DNA of 64,000 nt, from the NCBI RefSeq assembly GCF_009914755.1, contig NC_060927.1. One strand, 5' to 3'. Below, in pieces: positions 42,351 to 56,165 of this stretch. A model generated the notes under the pieces. That model saw nothing but the letters and a program-made list of their open reading frames with translations, did not search any database and was not told the DNA's origin. This stretch comes from the human T2T-CHM13v2.0 reference genome, Homo sapiens. The position numbers were made by a program, and so were the translations under genes. Every line of letters starts with the position of its first letter. Positions within the stretch are counted from its first letter, which is position 1.

Positions 42351-42476
42351 ACAGTGCCTTAGGAATCAAGCCACACATGGCCAAAAGCTCCCATGATATA
42401 TCAGCAGCAACGTCTGGCCACATGAGTTATAGATCCAAATAAAACCCTTAATCACAAAGGGTTGGCATTACCTTTG

Positions 42477-42938
42477 TGTGTGTCTAAGTTTCAAGATCTT
42501 TAGTCATCACAAAGACAAAAGTAACAGTGGCTTAAGGAAGAGAAAGCTAATTTCTTTCCTGTGTACCAGCTGAGTATATGCAGACCAGGGCTGATTTGGA
42601 AATTGCACAGTTTCAGGAACCCAGCCTCCTTCATCCCGAGTGCACCACACCAGTACAGTGTTACCATCATCGACAGGTCAATGGTGGCTCCCTAGCACCA
42701 TAGCCACATTCCAGCTGCTGGGAAAAGGGAGAGAAAGGAGGCGGGGGGGACTTGCTTCTCCTTCTGAGTGCAGGAGCCAGTAACTTCAGTTATCCACCCT
42801 TGAGAACTGACGGACGAAGCCTGCCTAGTTACAAGGGAGGCTGGGAAATGCAGTCTTTATCCTGTGCCCTCCTAAATTTCAGCATAAAACAAGATAGGAA
42901 GAAAGGATATTGGAAAAAGATAACCAGTGTGTGGCACA
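42477..42938 (-). mobile_element. MLT1J-like LTR
   Basis: taacagtggcttaa...caggaacccagcctccttc...cacattccagc...caagggaggctgggaaatgcagtctt. Confidence 0.8.
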
Positions 42939-43589
42939 GTGGGGTAAGAAATAAGGTCCTCAAGACCTTATCGTGACGCACAAAAAGAGAATTCGTTCTG
43001 CTACTTTCTCTTGCTGAGTGCCTTCTTTCCAGCAGCCCAGGGCACAAAGAGGAAGGAAATAGTAAGAGTGACAGAGAACACTCAAAGGATTGCAGAGTAA
43101 AAGATATGAAAGTCACAAGAGAAGGGACAGAACGGGGTTCCACTGTTTAACCTCCTACTTCCAAGTAACAACACTGGACACCAATCTCCTGCACAGAAGT
43201 GGGATGTACAGAGTTAACAGGATGATGACTTAGAAGGAAGTGAACCCTTTTGAAGGTGGAGGGGAGGGGCTCTCACTCAGAGCAGCCAGAGCTGAACTGG
43301 GCCTACTGCTATCCCAGGCTCTGCACAGGATTTCAGCCCGAAGCCAGTTCACTGGGGTCACTGGCCTTATTTCCAAATGCCATCACTATGATATTGCTCA
43401 CAAGTAATTCCTTCTTTCTAAGCACAGGCAGTTACTCCTGCTCTTACTTTCAATAGAAGGGAAAAGTCACCTACCGTAGAGCACTATTTTCTCAAATGTT
43501 CAAAAGATTTTCAAGAAATATTAGGAGGTGGTCAGGTCAGGATTGAGAGAAATTTCAAAAAGGGTTTCTTGGGGAATCCCATAAAGAGA

Positions 43590-43860
43590 AAAACAATAGC
43601 TATAATAAGGTGTGTTATTTCAACGTGCCAGGCAGCATGTTAAAGTAACACAGATAATCATTATATAAACACATATATTAATGAGTACATATATGTATAT
43701 ATGTACTTTTCTACTCAAATATACTTTCCTACTCACACAACTCCATTTTACCAAAAACAAAAGCAAAACAAAAAACTGAGGCCCAGAGAAGTTGTGCAGG
43801 TATCCCAAAAATGCACAGCTAGTACATGTAAGAGCCAGGGTTTGAACTGAGGCTTCTCAG
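43590..43860 (-). mobile_element. MIR with AT-rich insertions
   Basis: aaactgaggcccagagaagtt...cacagctagt...gagccagggtttgaac. Confidence 0.7.
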
Positions 43861-45384
43861 GCCCTAAAAATATTAAGCAATTCTAACACCTACATACACT
43901 GCTACCACTACACCCTCCCCAGCATTGCCATACTAGTCATGGTCCCTTGAGAAATAGAAACTATTTAAATACAGGGGGACCACAGTCTGCATATCAGAGG
44001 TTCTAAGAAATTGCACTAAATTCAAAGTTTTTATAAAAGAATAATAACTTAAATGAGCTCATCATTTTAAGGATATTCTGGTAAAGCCTTTTGCAAATAT
44101 GAGAATACTTTTGCACAGTGTGTACCTGATAAAGTTTTGCACATTTTTTATTTTCAGACATGGTATTCAGTTACTTTTAAAGGGGGAATAGGGGAAAGGA
44201 GGAGTTATTTACATGTGTAGCACCTTCAATTCTATTGTCACTGTGGTTGCATTGTAATCATTCAGGAACTGACTGTACCATTTTTCTCACTATCCAAAAG
44301 GTTGAATTTTTCTTTCAAACTGAGAACTAACATTAATAAGGGAGGCAAGTCAGAGGCAAATGTTCCTGAAGGGGGCAACAGCTACTGAGCTCCAACCAGC
44401 CTTGCAGTGCTGTGGTCCCAATGTGAAACTGCCAATTTCTAAACATTAGCAACTGACTCCATTCTTTAAGAAAATTTCTATGGGTCAAACAAACACATTT
44501 GCAGGAGTATTGTTGTCTGTAACCGCCATTTTGGTACCATTGTTTGAGTTAACCAAGGCTTAGGTATTTTGTGAATTCCATTGATTCTGGTAGGAAAACA
44601 GTAGAGAGAAAGAATACAGATGACGATTCAATACACAGATCTTAGAGTACACTAGAGCTGGACTCTACTCTTGGCTCTAACACTTACTAGTGATGTGACT
44701 TTCCAAGACTTCTTCACCTCTTTAGAGCTCCATAATATGGGTATAATGATATACCTACCTCACAGGACCTCTGAGAGGATGAATGTTGACAAGGCATGAC
44801 ATTTAATTTACCATAGTCCATGTTGTAAATATCCTTATTTTGACCTCCAACTATTTGTGGAGCTATTAAAACCTCTTGCAAATATCTAAAAAAAGATCAT
44901 CTTGAGGTGACTCTGCTTATTCAGGCACCCAACCACAGTTCATGGAAGTCTTACTTATACCAGAAGAAACATGTTAACTCCAGGGCTACTGGCAGAATAA
45001 GGCTTGTTTCCTTCTCTTGCAAAGTTGAGAAGATCTCCAGATAACTCATATTGGGCCACAAAATCACTGGAAGAAGCTTGAAGATCACTTTCCAAACCCT
45101 TTACATTATAGATGAGAAAACTGAGGCCAAAGCAGCTGAGGGTCACCCAAGGTTAGAACAAGGCCCACATCTCAAATGCACATTTACAGAAACAAGCTCT
45201 TTTCATGTGACAGTGATTTCCCCAGGTCCCAGCCAGGTGACATCTACAATCTACAAAATCATGAACTCACCTAACTTTCAGTTTCCAAACCATACTTGTC
45301 CAGCAGATCCAAAACAACCACCTGAAACCAGGGTGTGACATTGACAGTTCACTGGAAAAGCACTTTCTTGTTTTTGTCTGTCCA

Positions 45385-45500
45385 TTTTCTTCCCTCTCTT
45401 CCTCTCTCTTTCCCCCCAACCCCTTCTTTCTCTCTTTCTCCTTGTCTCCTGCCCTCTCTCTCTCCTTCTTTTCCATCCTTCCTTCCTCTGTTCTTCCCTT
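45385..45500. repeat. CT-rich polypyrimidine tract
   Basis: About 115 nt, almost all C/T on the + strand. Confidence 0.85.
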
Positions 45501-45568
45501 GTTTTAAAAATATGTGACCTCACTCCCCAATATAAAACTCATGTGCATAGCCAGTTTTAGCAAATTTG

Positions 45569-45570
<2 letters not shown>

Positions 45571-45612
<42 letters not shown>
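45571..45612. repeat. Perfect (GT)21 microsatellite
   Basis: Direct reading. Confidence 0.97.
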
Positions 45613-45615
<3 letters not shown>

Positions 45616-46136
45616 CTCACCATGTTTGGAAAATGAATTCCTAGAAATAGAAGGGCTAACTAAGCCACTTATACGGGATCCTTATAGCCCAGGACTTATG
45701 GAGATAAAGTTCTGCATCAGCACGCTGGCAACCCTCCTCTGTGTATTCTAAGCCCTCAAAGCCATGTCATTTCTCTAGCTATATTTTCTCATACCCTCCA
45801 CTTACTTTTCTACACAATGGTTAGTTAATTCTTCCAGCTGTGATGTTTGTGGTGCCCGCAGGATGCTAGGTGACTTGCACCACAGCCCTATCACCACAGC
45901 CCTATCACCAGTTGATTTTCATGCTGTTTTCCTGGCCACTTCCTAAAGAGCAGTTTCCTGTGAATTTTGCATTTTTTACATCTATTGTTTATAGATTTCC
46001 TTGGCATCTTCACGGCACCTTTAGCACCATTTTTTGCGGCCCTTTCCTGATATCACAGGGCCATAGTGTCATGAGACCATGCAGTAATGGCAGGGGAGAA
46101 GGATGGAGAAGTCACAGACTGACAGCATATTCGTAC

Positions 46137-46745
46137 TGTGGAAAGCATAGAAGGGCTGTGCTGAATGCTTATAATTTTATGTTGCCTTGGCATCCATTCT
46201 AAATATAAGTTTAACTCTCTCATGCCAGAGACAGAGCTCAGTGTCACTTTTGACAGTTTCCAGTTCTATACCACACCCAAATGGCTCAAGCCAGGAGCCA
46301 GAGGTAAGAACTTAGCAGAGATAAGAACTTAGCCCACCTAGCAGACTGGGCTTCCAGCTTTCCCTGCAATTTCCCTTACATGAACCATTTAGGCATGTGC
46401 CTGTGAACTTAAAGTGACCCACATCTATTCCCAAATATGTATAGATGGTTGCCACATTGTCTTCTGTCTCCCTGCCTGGGCTCCCTGAACTCCCTGTGTG
46501 TGGCGGCCTCCAGGCTTGCTGTGTGCCACCAGGGTCTGTAAGTAATAAAACCTCTTAAACTTTCACATTGCAATTGTGTCATTGAAGCCCTGCAGCCATC
46601 AGATCCCCGAGCCCCACCCTGACAGTGAGGCCACCTACAGGGACCCATGCAGGTGGATCTCCTGCTGGTGCACTTTTGTCCAGGCTGCTGGGGATGGTTG
46701 CTACCAGCTAAGTCGATAGAGAAACCCAGAGTTTCATTCAAAACA
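46137..46745 (+). mobile_element. MER74/MER73/MER54-family ERVL LTR
   Basis: ttataattttatgttgccttggcatccatt...cccaaatggctcaagcc...agataagaacttag...gaacttaaagtgacccac; AATAAA at ~46545; tg...ca ends. Confidence 0.75.
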
Positions 46746-46999
46746 AGGACACGTTAGTCCTCATCAGCTGAAAGACACTCCACTGAGCAGTCATGAGAAA
46801 GCAACTCTCAGTGCTGTAATCAATCAATGAACATATAAAAACTAAAATACTTCTAACACAAATAGAGCTACAATAAATCAATGCTGATACATCATTGGCA
46901 TTTAATCAATATTAATTTTTGAAAAACTGCTGAATAGAGCAGAGTTAAACAAACTAAGTATGCAAGAAATTTTAAAAAAAGGTGGGGGTGGGGAGAGTT

Positions 47000-47700
47000 T
47001 CCACCACCCAGACACAACCATCATTAGAATTTTGGCATATTTTCTTCCTGTATTTTTTAAATGTTTTTAAAATAATAGGAACAAATATACAATTTTCATT
47101 TATCAATATATCATAAGCTTTCCCCATTTCATAAAACTCTTTGTAAACATCATTGTTAATCGCTAAATTATTTTGATTAATACTCCAGTCCCCTATTGCT
47201 AGACCATTTCATAACCTCACTGCTAAATATTTTTGTTATTTCCAATTCATAATTATGAAAAAATAGCATTGCTATAAATACCTAAGTGATACAGTTTTTT
47301 TTTCTTTTTTTTCTTTTTCCTCTTTTTGGATTATTTCCTTATCAAGAATTCCTGGAAATGACAATGTGGAGTCAAAGGGCATGAATATTTTTCAGGTTTT
47401 TGATAATGCCTTGCCAGAAATTTTGAACCAATATATACACTCAACATCAAATGTATGAAACTGTCTACTGCCTGTACCTCATCAGCACCGGGCATTGTGG
47501 TTACCAAATAAAAAACAAACAAATCTCCCTCCCCGCAAAAGCCTTTGCTGACTTAACAGGTAAAACGGCACCTCACTCTTTCTTGAATCTGCACTGCACT
47601 TACTGCTCAAGAGCTGAACTTTTCATATCCCTATCTACATGTGGATTCCGCTTCTCTACATTTTCTTTCTGTTCATGTTCTTTGCCTATCTGGAAGGCAC
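47000..47700 (-). mobile_element. Very old L1ME-type fragments
   Basis: ggattatttcctt...attcctggaa...ggagtcaaagggcatgaatattt...ttgccaga. Confidence 0.6.
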
Positions 47701-48399
47701 TTTGAAAGCAAACAACCATCATTTATGAAAAAGAGAATAGGTTCTGCTCCCACCTTTTAATCTTTAATTTTTTTTTAAACTTCATCTTTTTACTGCTAAC
47801 CTAGCACTAACAAGTGAACTTTAATGCCAGATAATCCACTCCCATCTACGGAAGAGACACTTGGTTCTTCCTCCCCAGGTTAGAATACAATTATTGCTGG
47901 ACTGCTCCTCCTCTGCCCTGGCATCCTTCTCATCCCTTAGTACCCAGAGTCCACAGAGGCCAGCAGGAGAAGAAAGCTGCAAGGGCTCAGAAGGTGACGG
48001 AAACTCAATTCCCACAAGAGGCACCACTGAGAACCACCTCCAACAACAGCTTTCAATTAGAGAGAAAATTAGAGATCTGTCAAAACCGATCTCAGCATCC
48101 ATCACTTCCCGTAATCTGCTTCCCAAGATGCATGGAGACTGGTGCTGCCAGACGCTGGCCCCCGCCATGCTGATTTGCCCACTGAGCAAGACGCCTCAGG
48201 AAGCTGCTCATGAAACAGAATGGAAACACAGCACTCAGGAGCTCAGTGGCCTGAGGAAACAGCCGCCTGTCAATTCTATAAGTCAGTGATAGGCTTCCCG
48301 AAAAATTTTTGTGTGTGTGTTTTTTTTAAAGGAGCAACGTATTTATAAACTTGTCCACGAACTATTATTGTAAATGGGTAAGAAATGTGTACATGTGTG

Positions 48400-49472
<1,073 letters not shown>

Positions 49473-50394
49473 TATTTACAGATTACTGAAGTTTAGTTAT
49501 CTAAAAATAAATGTGAATAAAATATTTAATATTTTCTTCCCTCCTGCATTGAATCATTGGGTGTATGTGCATTGGAGATAAAAGGATGGGGTCAAGGATG
49601 GCTGGGGAAGATTACTAAGTCTCCTATGGATAGAAAGGTGAGCCAAGCCTTGAATGTGGACAGTCTAATTATGGAGCCTGACACATAAAGAAATGCATCA
49701 CTTTAATAACTGAGGAGGGCTATTGGGCAAGTGATTACGGAATGGTAGAAACAATCCTGGATTTTGAGTCAAAGCCATGGATACAAACCCTCAAGTGTTG
49801 GCCCGAACACAATAAAGCTTTGAGATCTTGAGTCAGTCACTCAGTATCTATGGAAATGGACATAAACAAACTTTATTGCACACGACTATTGTGAGGATAA
49901 AGTGAACAGAGGTGTCTGAAAGCATTAGGTAAATGGGAGAGCCCTGCTATGACAAGGTTGTTAAAATTACCAAGATTAACAATAATATCCACGTAGCCAA
50001 AATAATACCGTAATTTCACTCCTAAGCTACAGCATCCTAGCATCTAATGGTACCCATCCCATATGGAAGCAAATCTGTCTTGCCTTCTGTCTGACCTTGG
50101 AGCCTGGGGCCACCAGTCTTCATGTGTGGTCAGTATTAAGCACCATCTGTCCTGAGTTAACACAACTCCTTCTAGTTTAAGCAATGAACACAGGCTGCAA
50201 TGGCTAAAGCCTAAATAACTGCAATATGAAGAAAGGCTTTCCCACCCTGTTTGTCACTTTGGATGCATAGTGTTCACCTCCCAGGTGTTTACCCATCTAA
50301 ATTGTGTGATGAAATGTCTTTTGAACACTTTTACAAGCAGTTAGATGCAATCAAGTTCTCTTCTTGCTTAAGACTCCTCAGCAAAGAAGATACT

Positions 50395-50419
50395 AAAAAA
50401 AAAAAAAAAAAAAAAAAAA
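50395..50419. repeat. A25 homopolymer not attached to a recognisable retroelement
   Basis: Direct reading. Confidence 0.9.
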
Positions 50420-50599
50420 CACAATAAGTGGCTGGGCTGCTTTGCAAATCTTTTCCTGCTGTACTTACTTCCTTGCAGTCATTCTACCTCTCCCCTCCCC
50501 TCCATAAAAAGCCCTAATGATTGTGACATTCATGATCTCTAGTGGGGTCGTTTTTCTCACTGCTCATCCGTATGATAATATGAGATGAAAAGGAAGCTG

Positions 50600-51182
50600 T
50601 ATGTTAGGGCCATCTGTTGTTTAAATCTCTTCAAGATCCATTCACTCTTCTGGTAATAGTACCTAGGTTTTCCTCTGGGTGTCCGCCTGCCTCTTGCTCC
50701 CAGTCTCTGTGGGTAGCTCCCACAGCAGTACAAATTGAGCCAGAATTGGCCGATCAGCATAGTCCATCCATCCTCCTATGGTTAGAAAGTTCAGGGATGG
50801 GTATGTGCCTCACCTCAGAGCAAGGAAATCTCATGAGGCATGCAGGAGTGTCTGGAAATGGGAATCTCTCTTTTCCTGGGGTACTATGTTAACAGAATGT
50901 AAGCTTATGGCTGCTGAGGGCCCTCCTGCAAGCACAAGAAGGGGGCCTATCCCAAGAGAAGGTAAGACCAGGGACAGCAGGAGAGAGAGGAGAGAGAACC
51001 TCATGGGTGGGGAGAACTCTACTGAAATCATCATACCACCTGTGTGCAGGCCTAAAGCCAGTGCTACACCCACCCCACCTCCCCAGTCACTGACTGCTCA
51101 GTTAAATGAGCTGATATTCTTTTTTGCATCAGTCACTTTAAGTTTGGTTTCTGTCCCTTGTGACCTAAAGTGATCTGACTGT
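50600..51182 (+). mobile_element. MLT1K-like LTR
   Basis: cttctggtaatagtacc...gttcagggatgggtatgtg...tttggtttctgtcccttgtgacctaaag. Confidence 0.65.
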
Positions 51183-52645
51183 GAAACCAGGAAAATAAAC
51201 ATTAAACACTACCTTCTGTGAAAACGGAAGGTGCTACCAGCATACATCTGTAGTTTTTGTGGGGTCAGGCCTGGCTGCCCAGGGTGACCCACATCATCTC
51301 ACACCCCTCACCTTAGGGTCATAGGAGGTAAGTATCATTTGCAACTAGCAGGTTTAAGGAGCCATCTGAAACAAGGGAATAGAGATTTTCTGGGTTGAGC
51401 TAGCTCATACCATATTCAGCCCCCCAAAACCCTGTCTAGCCTCACTTATCTTTTACTTCCCAAGTCTCTGACATTCCAGTCACCCAGGATGTCTTTCTTT
51501 TCCCTAATTCACAGTGCACTGCTTCATGCTGTCATGCTAATGCACTGGCTCTCAACTCCAAGTTCCAAGCCTAAGACCTCCAGTGGGAGGTTTCCCAGGA
51601 CTTCTCCAGATGGAGTTGGTGGCCATTACTATGAAATCCCATAGCATCTTGTAAGGTCATACTGCAGCATTAGGTACAGGTGACCATGTGATGAGACAAA
51701 TATTGATACACAAATGTTCCCACCCTTCCTCACCCTATGGATGCAAGTCCTGGATTTGCCCTGCTAGTGTCTTCATCTCCACCTTATACCCTCCCTGTAT
51801 TCTGACGATGAAGTCTGAGGACTGAGCAGGAGCTGCATTTTCCAGAGGACTTTGTTTAGATCTCTGAAAAGCTGAATGGAGAGAAAGTGAGAATGAAGCA
51901 GGAGAAACTGGAGAGATGTGAGGGCTAGTGCTGAAGGAATAGTGTTTTCTGAGGCACTTGAAAGAGAAAGATAGACAGGAACCAACAATGGGAGGGGGAA
52001 GCGGATAGGTGGAGAAAATAGGGTTTGTAAAGAACTGTTTCTGAGTATCCCTTCATTATGTTTGAGAAGAGCAAGAAAGGATGGATGTTATCTTGCAGTT
52101 ACCTTCAGTTGTCAAATGTGCTTCTTTGATCACAACACCTCTCTTAAACACACCGGTTTCTGACATACATGCACCAAATACACACACCGACCAAAATGCA
52201 CTGCCTTCATTGCAATGTAATTTTACTAAGTTCAGGGAGCATTTCTTGAACTATTAAAACATGGCTCTTGGTGTTCAGCACACAGTACCTCCATGCAAGT
52301 TCTTTTTATGGCCATAAATGCATCAGTTCCTTGCCAAAATACTGTGAGGAAAAGGATTTTATAGATGAGGGAATAAGGAATCAAAAAGAGCAAGGACTTG
52401 GAAAAGGCCAAAGAGCCAGGAAATACCAGAGACTACATACAATTCAACATTATCTTTCCAGTAAACCATTTTTGTGACCTTCCACAAATATTCCTAGAAT
52501 CTGGATAGTACTAAACACCATGTAGAACCCAGCGGGGTCTCTATCCAAGACTTTCTCAGACACCATTGCTGGGTAATTCTTTATAGGTTAATCAGATAGG
52601 TGGTTAAAATCCGTTTCCTTTCTTTGTTTTAAAATGGAAACTGGG

Positions 52646-52948
52646 GGCTCGGCATGGTGGTTCATGACTGTAATCCCAGCTCTTTGGGTGGCCAAGGTGG
52701 GAGAATCACTTGAAGCCAAGAGTTCAAGACAAGCCTGAGCAACATAACAAGACCTTGTCTTTACAAAAATTTTTTTTACAAAATTAGCTGGGTGTAGTGG
52801 TGTGCCTGTGGTCCTAGCTACTTAGAAGGCTGAGGCAGGAGGATCATCTGAGCCCAGGCATTAGAGGTTACAGTGAGCTATCATCTCTGCACTCTAGCCT
52901 GAGCACAGCTTGAGACCTTGTCTCTAAAATAAATAAAATAAAATAAAA
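52646..52948 (+). mobile_element. AluJ
   Basis: Dimer with J diagnostics and a (taaaa)n tail; flanks aaactgggg / aacctgggg. Confidence 0.9.
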
Positions 52949-53868
52949 CCTGGGGCCAATTTTGATATTAAAGATATGATTTCTTCCTTTGTTCCTTCTG
53001 GTAGCAAGACAGCAAGTACATCAAAAGTATGGACCAGCAGACCCCCAAAACCAGCACAATTACTGGCACAGAGTAGGCATTCAATAAAGACTGAATCTTT
53101 CAAATCCAATGTGGACTTAGATCCTAGTCTGTCCTATATAATAAGTCTCCACCCTTCTAAGAGTTTTGTCCAGAAATGACTGCTTAGATTTTCTTCCTGC
53201 CATCCCTCAGCCAGGGCAGGGGACCATTCCTCAAAGCCATAGCAAAAACTGAACCAGGAGAAAGGAACCATTAGCTTCTCCAGGGCAAAGCTGTAAAATG
53301 GACACAAAGTGAGTCATGGACAGCAGCTTGGACAAGAACAAGAGCTCATCTGAGGACTGGCTGTCATTTTCATGTGGTTTCTGGCTAGCCCTTAATAAAA
53401 TTTAGTGCATAGCTGACCACCACTGGGTTGTGTTCTTTCAAAGCACACACTCAGACAGAAGGCCAAGGAGGGTGGCTAGGTTTTTGAGAGCCACAGTCAC
53501 ATGGAAACTGTCTTCCCCTGTGATTCAGTTGGGTACTTTGCCACACAACAAGTAGTCTGCGTGCTGGCCTGCCTTCCGCCTGCTTTCCATAAGCCTGGCA
53601 ACATAGCAAGACTCTGTCCCTATGAACGTCAGGTTACATAGCCTGCCCACCTTCCCACAGTACATTGGAGCTGAAACTCTACATTGGCATGGAGCAGATC
53701 CAGAACCTCAAAGTTTCTGCCAAACTCACCTCAATAACCAGGCCCAGACAGGGGCTGCCCAACGTGCAAATGGCTACATACGACACACCTGGGAACTGTA
53801 GGTTGGAATATGTTTCCTATAGTTTTGAGGACCTTAACGAAACAACCAAAATATTTCAATCCAGTTTA

Positions 53869-54350
53869 TGTATCAGTTACTGTTCTCCAGGGAAACAGAA
53901 CCAATATGATATATAAATATTATATATGTATAATATATAAAAATTTATAAAATATATATTATATTTTATATATATTATGTTAACATACACACACAGAGAG
54001 AGAGAGAGAGAGAGAAAGACTGATTTTAAGGAATTGGCTCATGTCAGGGCTGGCAAGTCTGAAATCTGTAGGGCAGGCCAGCATCCTGGAAACTCAGGCA
54101 GGGATTCCAGGTTGTAGTGTGGAGGCAATTCCTTCTTTCTCAAGGAACCTCAGTCTTTCCTCTTAAAGCCTCCAACTGATTGGATGAGGCACACCCACAT
54201 TATAGAAGGTAATAGGCATTACTTAAAGTGAACTGACTGTAAATGTCAATCATATCTAAAAAATTCCTTCACAGCTACACCTAGACCAGTCTTTGACAAC
54301 TAAAACCACGGGATACCATAGCTTAGCTGAGCTGACACATTAACCATCAT
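53869..54350 (-). mobile_element. MLT2 (D-like) LTR with an internal (TA)(CA)(GA) compound microsatellite
   Basis: ttctccagggaaacagaaccaata...ttttaaggaattggctc...caactgattggatgagg...cccacattat...ttaaccatca. Confidence 0.88.
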
Positions 54351-54729
54351 ACCTTTATTCAACACATGTAATTTAGTGGCTTTTAATCTTCGGACTATGG
54401 GGACATGCAAAATTCACCCATTTTAAGCGCATAAATTGGTGATTTTAGTACGTTGACTGAGTTGTGCAGCCATCACCGTAATTCAGTTTTAAAGGACTGT
54501 TATCATTCCAGAAAGATCACTCATGTATGCAGATCCTTTTGAAAATCTTATTCTGGCTGTAACAAACAGGTACAATCCTATAGGTTGTTTATGCCCAGCA
54601 TCCAAGTCTTACCATTGTAAAAACTTGGAATAATATCTTGTATATATGCATAATTTTAGATGGAGTTTTAGGGGTGTACTCCTGTAAGCTTGGCTCCATA
54701 TCTAGGTTGAAGCTCCAAATTTAAACATC

Positions 54730-55130
54730 CTTCCATCCAGCCCTTCCATTCTATCTATTTGACCACTGCATGTGTTTAGACCTCCATCATCTCACACCTG
54801 GACAACTGCACCCTCCTTCCAACGTGTCTCTGTCCCCAACATTTTCTCCCATCCAACCATCCTCCATCCTCTGGTCAGAAGGGATCTTCTAAAATACAAA
54901 TCATCCTTCACTCAGAGCCTGTCCAGATCCCCTCATCACCTGTGGTATCAAATCCAGAGGTAGGTCTTATTACTCTCAATAATATACATCAGGCGGGCCT
55001 TCTCTGTTCAGCTATTGCTCTGACATTCTCTAGCCCCATCTTTGGCCACTTTGTGCTTAGGACACCTCATAATAAGCATAAACTGCTTATCACCTCTTCA
55101 CCTGGCTAACTCCATAGGAGCACCTGATGC
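54730..55130 (+). mobile_element. L2 fragment
   Basis: ccatcatctcacacctggacaactgca...gggatcttctaaaatacaaatc. Confidence 0.7.
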
Positions 55131-55439
55131 TTACATGGACTTAAGTAGTTGCAACTTCTCTCTGTCCCACATATTGAGTATATTTCTATTGTTGAACCCA
55201 CCATGTCACATAACACCACGCTTCAGACTTTTTCTACCCTGATGGCTCCTTAGAAGCAGCCAGCCAACCAGCATTTACTAATCCTGGAAGCAGAGAGCCA
55301 GGTTAAATGCTAATCACAACTGTATTCTTCTAAGGTATGATTGTCTGTGGCCACGTAATTATTCTGAAATCTTTTTTGTGGTAAGTGGTCGATACTATGC
55401 TAGGAATTAGCCTACAGAAGTAACAAGACAAGTTCAAAA

Positions 55440-55910
55440 AAGTCACATGTAAAAAGCCACCCATTGCAGTTGTTTCAAATAGTAAACAAGGGTACCACAG
55501 GATGCTTATTCCTGTCATCTTGGAGGAAAGAAAGAGTGAGTGTCCAGTACAAGGGATGTGGTGAAATAAATCACAGTAAATCATGCATAGAGTATTAGGC
55601 TGTTATTGAAACAGCAATGTGGATACATATTTATCTTAGGAGTTACTATTTGCTATTTATTTAAAAAGTGGCCAGTTATAATAACATGTTTATACAGAGG
55701 TAAATGAATTAGATATTTTACATAAGCAGATATGCATGTATATACACATATAAATATACACACCCACGCAGACTTTAGAAACCAAAAATTTACCAGTGGT
55801 TAGAATTATGAGTGGGTAGGTGGTAGGTAGTAGAATTATGAGAAATCTACAGGTATATTTTTAAATTTCTTTTCCCCGTCCCTAGTTTCTAGTTATTTAC
55901 AATGAAAATG
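55440..55910 (+). mobile_element. Old L1ME-type 3' fragment
   Basis: aaacaagggtaccacaggatgcttatt...ccaaaaatttaccagtggtta...tttacaatgaaaatgt. Confidence 0.5.
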
Positions 55911-55929
55911 TGATGCTGATCAGGGAAGA

Positions 55930-56165
55930 GAGAACACTGTGGTTAAGAGAAAGGGCTGTGCTGTGCAGGTCTGGACTCAGCTACTTCCTATCGATGTGAC
56001 CCTGGGTAAAATAATCCCCTTCAGCCATCAATCTCCCCGTTTGAAAAAGGAGTCAGGTCTCAAAATCATGCTTTTCTCATAGCACTGTTGTGAGGCTGAC
56101 GTGAGCCAACACACATTAAGTGCTTAACCCAGATGCTGACTCACAGCCCTCCAATAAATCGATAA
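55930..56165 (+). mobile_element. MIR
   Basis: gtggttaagag...tgtgaccctgggtaaa...gttgtgagg...caataaat. Confidence 0.7.

Noticed and set aside
47821-48289. Overlapping 122-aa and 142-aa ORFs on opposite strands
   Set aside because: No recognisable domain or convincing exon structure; mildly GC-rich DNA gives chance ORFs
50395-50419. Processed pseudogene tail
   Set aside because: No TSD, poly(A) signal or recognisable upstream mRNA; treated as a simple homopolymer
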